Assembly (NCBI GenBank): GCA_048213135.1
Contig: PS015374.1
Location: 1 to 33,902, forward strand
Source: Reclinomonas americana ATCC 50394
Lineage: Eukaryota
Direction: 5' to 3'
Length of the DNA: 33,902 nucleotides
This document shows, in pieces, positions 21,587-33,902 of the stretch. The stretch's first letter is position 1. Every line of letters begins with the position of its first letter. The translations under genes and the position numbers were made by a program. The notes beneath the pieces were generated by a model. It saw only the letters and a program-made list of their open reading frames with translations, was not told where the DNA came from and ran no database searches.

Positions 21587-24500
21587 TCATCGTAGCCGCA
21601 ACCACGGTATGCAGAAGCGATTGGAGCAGTGGATGAGCTTGAGCTGGGTACCGCGGCGATACGACAGCAGCGGCATGTAGTCGCCACCGATCGTAATGCG
21701 GCTGTACTGGCCGATATTCAGGTTGCCGGTCAGGTCAACATCGATGGTGAAAATGTATGTCGACGCGCAGTCGCGCGTCGTACACCGGCACAGGCGGAAC
21801 GATTTGTCCACGAGACTCTGCGTGGAGAGTAGGAGCAAGTGTGAGTTCATAGATTGTGTGCGCGGTCTCCGTCTGGAACGCACGGACCTGATAGCCGATA
21901 AGCGGATAGCCGTCGCTGCCGACGGTGATGTACGTGTACAGGCCGGTGGTGGGCACCGTGTCTGGAATGATGAGGCGAGCGGAAGAGCAGTCCAATGCGG
22001 TGCAGTAGGCCAGACGGAGCTGGTCTTGACCCTGGTACGAGATGAGCGGATTTCCGTCGGTGGCGAGCACGAGATTGGCAAAGTTGCCGACGTTCACACC
22101 ACCCAGTCCTGCACATGCCGATGCAACCACGCACACGAGTGAGGAGGTTTCGTACATATGCGCGCCCCATGCTCCTTTAGATTCAACTCACCGTCGACCA
22201 CAATATCGTCAAAGTCCGCGCACTGGACGTCGAAGCAGTGCACCACGTTCAGGTTGGCATTCGTGTCGTCAAAATACGCGATGATCGGCATGCCATCGGT
22301 GCCGACGGCAATCGACGTGAAGAGGCCAATGTTTTCGCCAAAGCGCGACACGAGGGTGCGGATCACAACAGCAGAACCGACGCACGGGAGCGCCGGATTC
22401 AGCGGGTCTGTGCGCGTGCAAGCAGTGTAGTACGCATACATCAAGCTGCTGGAGGAGTGGAAGGCCACTCCAATGCTGCCACTCGGCAGCAGCGTGCTGC
22501 TTACGTACTCTGCGCGTAGGCGAGCCAGCTCAAACGGCGTGTCCACAATGCTGCAGTCGGCCACCGCGCAGCCGTACGCTCGCAAGCTGAACAGCGATCC
22601 GCTACGGTACGGAACAATCAGCATGGGGTTGCCACTGCCTTGCAGCATGAGTGATGTATCCTGCAGTGCACATAACGCCACACTGTGAGTGGCAGCAGCA
22701 GCGAGCACAGAGGGAAGCACCAGTGTGCGCACCGCGCCGGCTCGAATCGAACTCGTTCCCGTGACAATGGTGCGTTGCTCGTAGTTGACACAACTAGGCG
22801 TCAGGCACCGCAGCAGGCGCAACGAGATGGTGGCGTCGTTCGAGTTCTCCGAGGCGTAGGCCAGCAGAATGCGACCGTCTCGACCCGCAACACTCTGCTG
22901 CCAGCGGCCAATCGATGTGGAAGTCGGAGGCACCACTGTTGTCTCCGCGTAGCCAGGATTGGCGGAGAAGGAGCCGACACTGACGCCGCCCACGTAGAGA
23001 TCGCCCTGAATTGCAATGTTGCCTTTGAGTCGCCAGTCGCTGGCCGAGGCCAGCGTGCCGGTGCGCNNNNNNNNNNNNNNNNNNNNATGTTTTGCAGCAG
23101 CAGCGCGGGGTCGATACCGTGCAGATCGGTACACAGCAGTGCTTCGGCGCGGCGCGGCGCTCCGACCATTGGCGGGCCCGATGTGGGTGTATACTTCCAG
23201 CTCCAACTGTGCAGAAAGTGGCCGTGTTAGCTCACATTTGCATCATGATCTGCAGTCGTGCACGTGCAGTCGCAACTTGTTGCGGAAGATTCCAGTGGTT
23301 CCGCGACTGATGACGAGCGCTGTCGGTTTGCCAGCTGTCGCCGTCACTGTCATAATGGCCTTCCTGGCCGACAGCGGCTGCAACACCGTAGCACGGACGT
23401 TTCCAATGGGGGTTGTAACATACGCGATGTTGCTGGTGGTGAGCAATGTATCCGTGACAAAAGACAACTGCGCCAACAAGGTAAGAAGCGAGCGGGATAA
23501 AGTGACGACAGCAATGCACAACAATCGCACCACATGAGAAGACGTGGCGCCTCGATTGTACGTCGTCGTCCAGCTATCGATAGCGGTACTGCGTATGTTG
23601 AACGAGTCGAGACTACCCGCCTGTGTCAACTTGTATCCGCCAGTGGTGAAGTACTTGAACTGTTCACATTGGTGTTGCGTGTTAAGGTTCACAACAAATT
23701 TACGACATCGATAACAAAGTGTGTATGCAGCGCAACTGGAAGCACTGCCGGTCCATTGTTGCTTGGATGCAAGCCGAACGTCACATTGAAATCGTGCACC
23801 ATCGTCAGACTGTTCATGTCCATCTGCAGATCCAGAGTGTGCTCCTCGATACCGGCGTCGACAATGATTGGAAAGCCGTCCAGGTCTGACTGCAACTTGT
23901 ACCGCACGGTGTCGGTGGTGTTTTGAAACACTGCGAGCATTGCGTTGGAAGAATGAGTGCCGTACGAGGTAAGCGGTGTGTGCGATGATATTGATGACAC
24001 ACCATCCTGTGTCCACGTCGAGTTCGCAGCGTCGAGAACCAGCAGCGGTGCGTGCAATCGAATGGTGGACAGCTCAAGAAGAGTGGAGTTGTGGTAGCTG
24101 ACGCCGTTGGCCTGGAAACTGACGTCGTTGCACTGCTCAAGATCGTTGGGCGAGCGCGCCTGGAACTCGGCCAGCTGTCGTTGCTCGGTGTCAACACCCA
24201 CCACCGACTGATTGCAGGGGTTTCCTCACGGACACACGAACCTCACTGGCAGCACATCCACCATTGTTGCGCAATGATAGGTTGGCCGTAAACAGACTCC
24301 ACTGCTTCGCTTGAGAGGTCCACGACCAGATTGTCGGCAGTGACGCTGCTCGCAGAGACATCTGTGTGTGTTTTGATATGCAAGTATCGTCAGTGCCGAG
24401 TACAGCTGTGGTGCTCTCGCATGCGCCCCTGACAGACCAGCAACTCCAGGCCGTCAACCGAGTTGCGGAGAGACACAGAGTACTTGTCGACGGCCGAGAA

Positions 24501-26391
24501 CACGTCTTCGAATTGGTCGCGAAACTTGTTCTTCACGCTGAGGAACTTGAGAATGGATGTCTTCTTGGCCACGCCGTTGCCGCCGACAATGCTGCGACGA
24601 GAAAGCACCGAGTAAGATGATGATAGTTGTATACTGTGGCATCAATCAAAGGAAACGCAACCCCCAGCCCTGTCCACCACCGGATGAGATGGAGGTGAGC
24701 TCGTACGTCAGAAAGTTCTGCACCGCGAGACTGTCCGACGATGCATCGCGTTGCAACAGAAAGTCACCTGCAGTACAGCCGTGTGTTGAGCGTGACGAAC
24801 CGCTTATGATTAGCATGAACACATACGCACCGAGGAACTTGAGTGAGAGGCCCTCGATTCTCACCACCTCTCGCACCGGTGACGTCAGCGTCACAACGCC
24901 ACCATCATTGCTGAAGCGGAATGCTTGTGTGCCATTGGAGTACATGGTAAACTTCTGCACCACCGCCATGCTGTCAAAGTAGGCCGACGACTGAAAGTCC
25001 ACTTGCTCGTTGATTTGCATCTGCGGTGGAAGAGGATGGCGAACACACCCCGGGCACTTCGGTTTTGTCACTTTTGTTGTAGTGGTGGTGGCGGTGGTGG
25101 CGACAACCGATGGGCGACCGAGAAAGGCGTCCAGTCCCGGCAGCGACTGCTGTGTGTTGGCCGTGGTCGACTGCAGCAGCACGCGGCCCCCGCTGGCTGC
25201 GCCGCTCGTTCGAGTGGTGTTGGTTGGTGGGCCACTGATTCAAAAGTTGTGAGTCCAGTGAGAGGAAAGCAAACCTATTAAGAAAATCACACGCAACAGT
25301 ATGTACGGCTGCTGATACACGAGGATGTTGGCGTGGCGGGCACTCCCGTAGCCCAAGAGCGCCAGATCGATACTGTGGACCGCGGTCGAATTCAGAGCCG
25401 CCATGATCACATGAGTGTTGCGGCTCGTGGTCGTCGACACGTCGACTGCGGCAGTCATCGCCTTGGGCGCAGAGAGACCAAGGCGGCCGGTGAGTTCGTC
25501 GACGTGGACTTTAGATTGTGGCTGTAGGGTTGTCTGCGGTTCAGCACATCCGCTCAAAAAAAAAAGGCACAACACTCGCGGAAACGCACATTGCCGGTGA
25601 GGAGGATCTTTTGCGTCGGCACGGAAAACAGTGCACCACTCGCCCACAGCACCATGACGTAGATGGTGATGAGGAGCAGGAGGACGAAGAGAATGACCGA
25701 CACCGCGAACCACATGGCCATGCGGTCTCTGTGCCACGGCAGCGATTGAGTTCAAGCTGGTGGTGGCGACCGTCTATGTGTAAGAACGCAGCAACGCAAC
25801 TTGAACTCGCTGGGAATGGTGGTAATCACTTCTCCGAGGCGGTACGGCCGCAGTGTGCTTTCTACCTCGGCCACCATCTCGTTGGCAGTCATTTTCCGCG
25901 CCTTCTTTTTCTTGCTGCCAGCTGCCTTGGCGACAGCATCCTCGTCGCTTCCGTCGTGCTCAAACATTTTGCCTTTGGAGGTGGGGAATGAGGCTTGCTT
26001 GGAGCCTGTACGCACACGAGGTGTTTATGGTGTGCGACACTCTGGAGGAGGGAGGAGGAGGGAGCCTCTACTCACCACCAGCAAAGTTATTGCGAGGCCG
26101 AACTGGTGCAGGTTCGGCCTCCTGAATGTACGACGGCTCGAATGCGGCTGCATACTTGAGATGTGACAGACGCTGCTGTAATCTCGTGTCGAACTGACCC
26201 AGGTGCGTGGCCGTTCGACCTGTGTTGCGTGCGAGTGTGTGTATGCGTCAGTGCACATGTGGGCGCGCAACAGTTCTTCGACACACACACAATACACAAC
26301 CTGTGCGCCGTGTGCTCATCAACACCCGACCACCGGTGCCGGGTGTCAGTGGCCCGCGCGACGTCGGCCGGTTTGTTTCCTCGCCCGACAT
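21587..26391 (-). CDS. Large predicted type II membrane protein with a beta-rich ectodomain and a C-terminal 7-repeat Cys-paired beta-propeller (crosses a 20-N gap at 23067-23086)
   Basis: Spliced N-terminus MSGEETNRP...SEFK|DRMAMWFAVSVILFVLLLLITIYVMVLWAS contains one TM helix. Seven repeats of the type G-x-Y/F-T-S-I-x-V-G-x-D-G-x-P-I-I-x-Y...L-x-V-x-H-C-x4-C end at HCSNRFCIPWLRLR*. Some middle exon boundaries are uncertain. Confidence 0.7.
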
Positions 26392-26622
26392 TCGCTGCAC
26401 CACACACGCACACACGCACACACACACACCAAATCGTGTCGGATTACTCACGCGCGCGCTGTGTGTGGAGGAGATGGAAGTGATGAGTCAGTCGGTTTCC
26501 GTACCAGAAACGCTCGCGCGGGCCCACCGGACGTACGCACTATTCGCTCTTTTCTCGTTGCGCCATCCAACGCGCGTACAACACTGGAAGAGAGTTCGAG
26601 TGTGTAAGGTGTCTCCACCGTC

Positions 26623-33497
<6,875 letters not shown>

Positions 33498-33621
33498 CGA
33501 CGCACACAAACACACAACTGTTTATCGCAAACGTGTAACAATTTTTGTAAAAGCCACCCATTAGTTAAACAGCACAGAGGGCACCGAAGAGAGGAAAGAG
33601 CACGTGTGTTCTGCGAGCACA

Positions 33622-33832
33622 CTATCGCCGCACGGCCATGGCGCGAACCCACGCTGCAGACGGAGGTTGAGCACACAATGTCGCAAGAGGACACACATGC
33701 ATCGCCTCACCTTCAGTGATATCCTCCAGTCGACGCGTCTCCAGGATCTTGGCCGGCATGTGCTTGGCCAGCGGACCGCACACAGGTGCGTATCGCATGT
33801 GCTCCAGCGGGTGGCCGGTTTCCGGCGAGTAC
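33622..33832 (-). CDS. Last two exons of an unidentified gene (5' partial)
   Basis: CCAG|G TAC gives YSPETGHPLEHMRYAPVCGPLAKHMPAKILETRRLEDITE, then a GTGAGG...GCAG intron, then AWVRAMAVRR*. Splice phases match. Confidence 0.55.
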
Positions 33833-33859
33833 CTGGATAGAAGGGTGGTGTGGGTGAGA

Positions 33860-33895
<36 letters not shown>

Positions 33896-33902
33896 TAGAG
33901 AG

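Noticed and set aside
25752-25754. In-frame TGA between the N-terminal ORF and the TM helix, suggesting readthrough or recoding
   Set aside because: It lies inside a phase-2 intron (AA|GTTGCG...GGCACAG|A GAC). TAA, TAG and TGA all end genes normally in this window.

Overview
Gene-dense, intron-rich eukaryotic nuclear DNA from a draft assembly with N-gaps and TACG-like noise beside (GT)n runs. It uses the standard genetic code. The organism is probably a flagellated protist with mitochondria (CFAP100, p25alpha-like repeats, tafazzin, twin-CX9C protein); I cannot name it. About 14 protein genes were rebuilt by hand across roughly 100 short GT-AG introns: BTB-BACK protein, an uncertain minus-strand fragment, SH3-Kelch/p25alpha-like repeat protein, CFAP100, SGNH/GDSL hydrolase, two tandem NSF/Sec18 paralogues, twin-CX9C protein, RPS28, SAP-domain protein, tafazzin, a large type II membrane protein ending in a 7-repeat Cys-paired beta-propeller, an armadillo-repeat protein and the 3' end of an unknown gene. 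Strongest unusual signals: (1) a recurrent second class of 5' splice site, GTTGCG(T), at about 15 introns, i.e. the common GTGCG(T) donor with one extra T; (2) an NSF intron inflated by scrambled copies of its own downstream exon and acceptor; (3) RPS28 split into 3/17/10/15-nt coding pieces; (4) the bacterial-looking propeller surface protein. All gene models are manual and lack RNA support.
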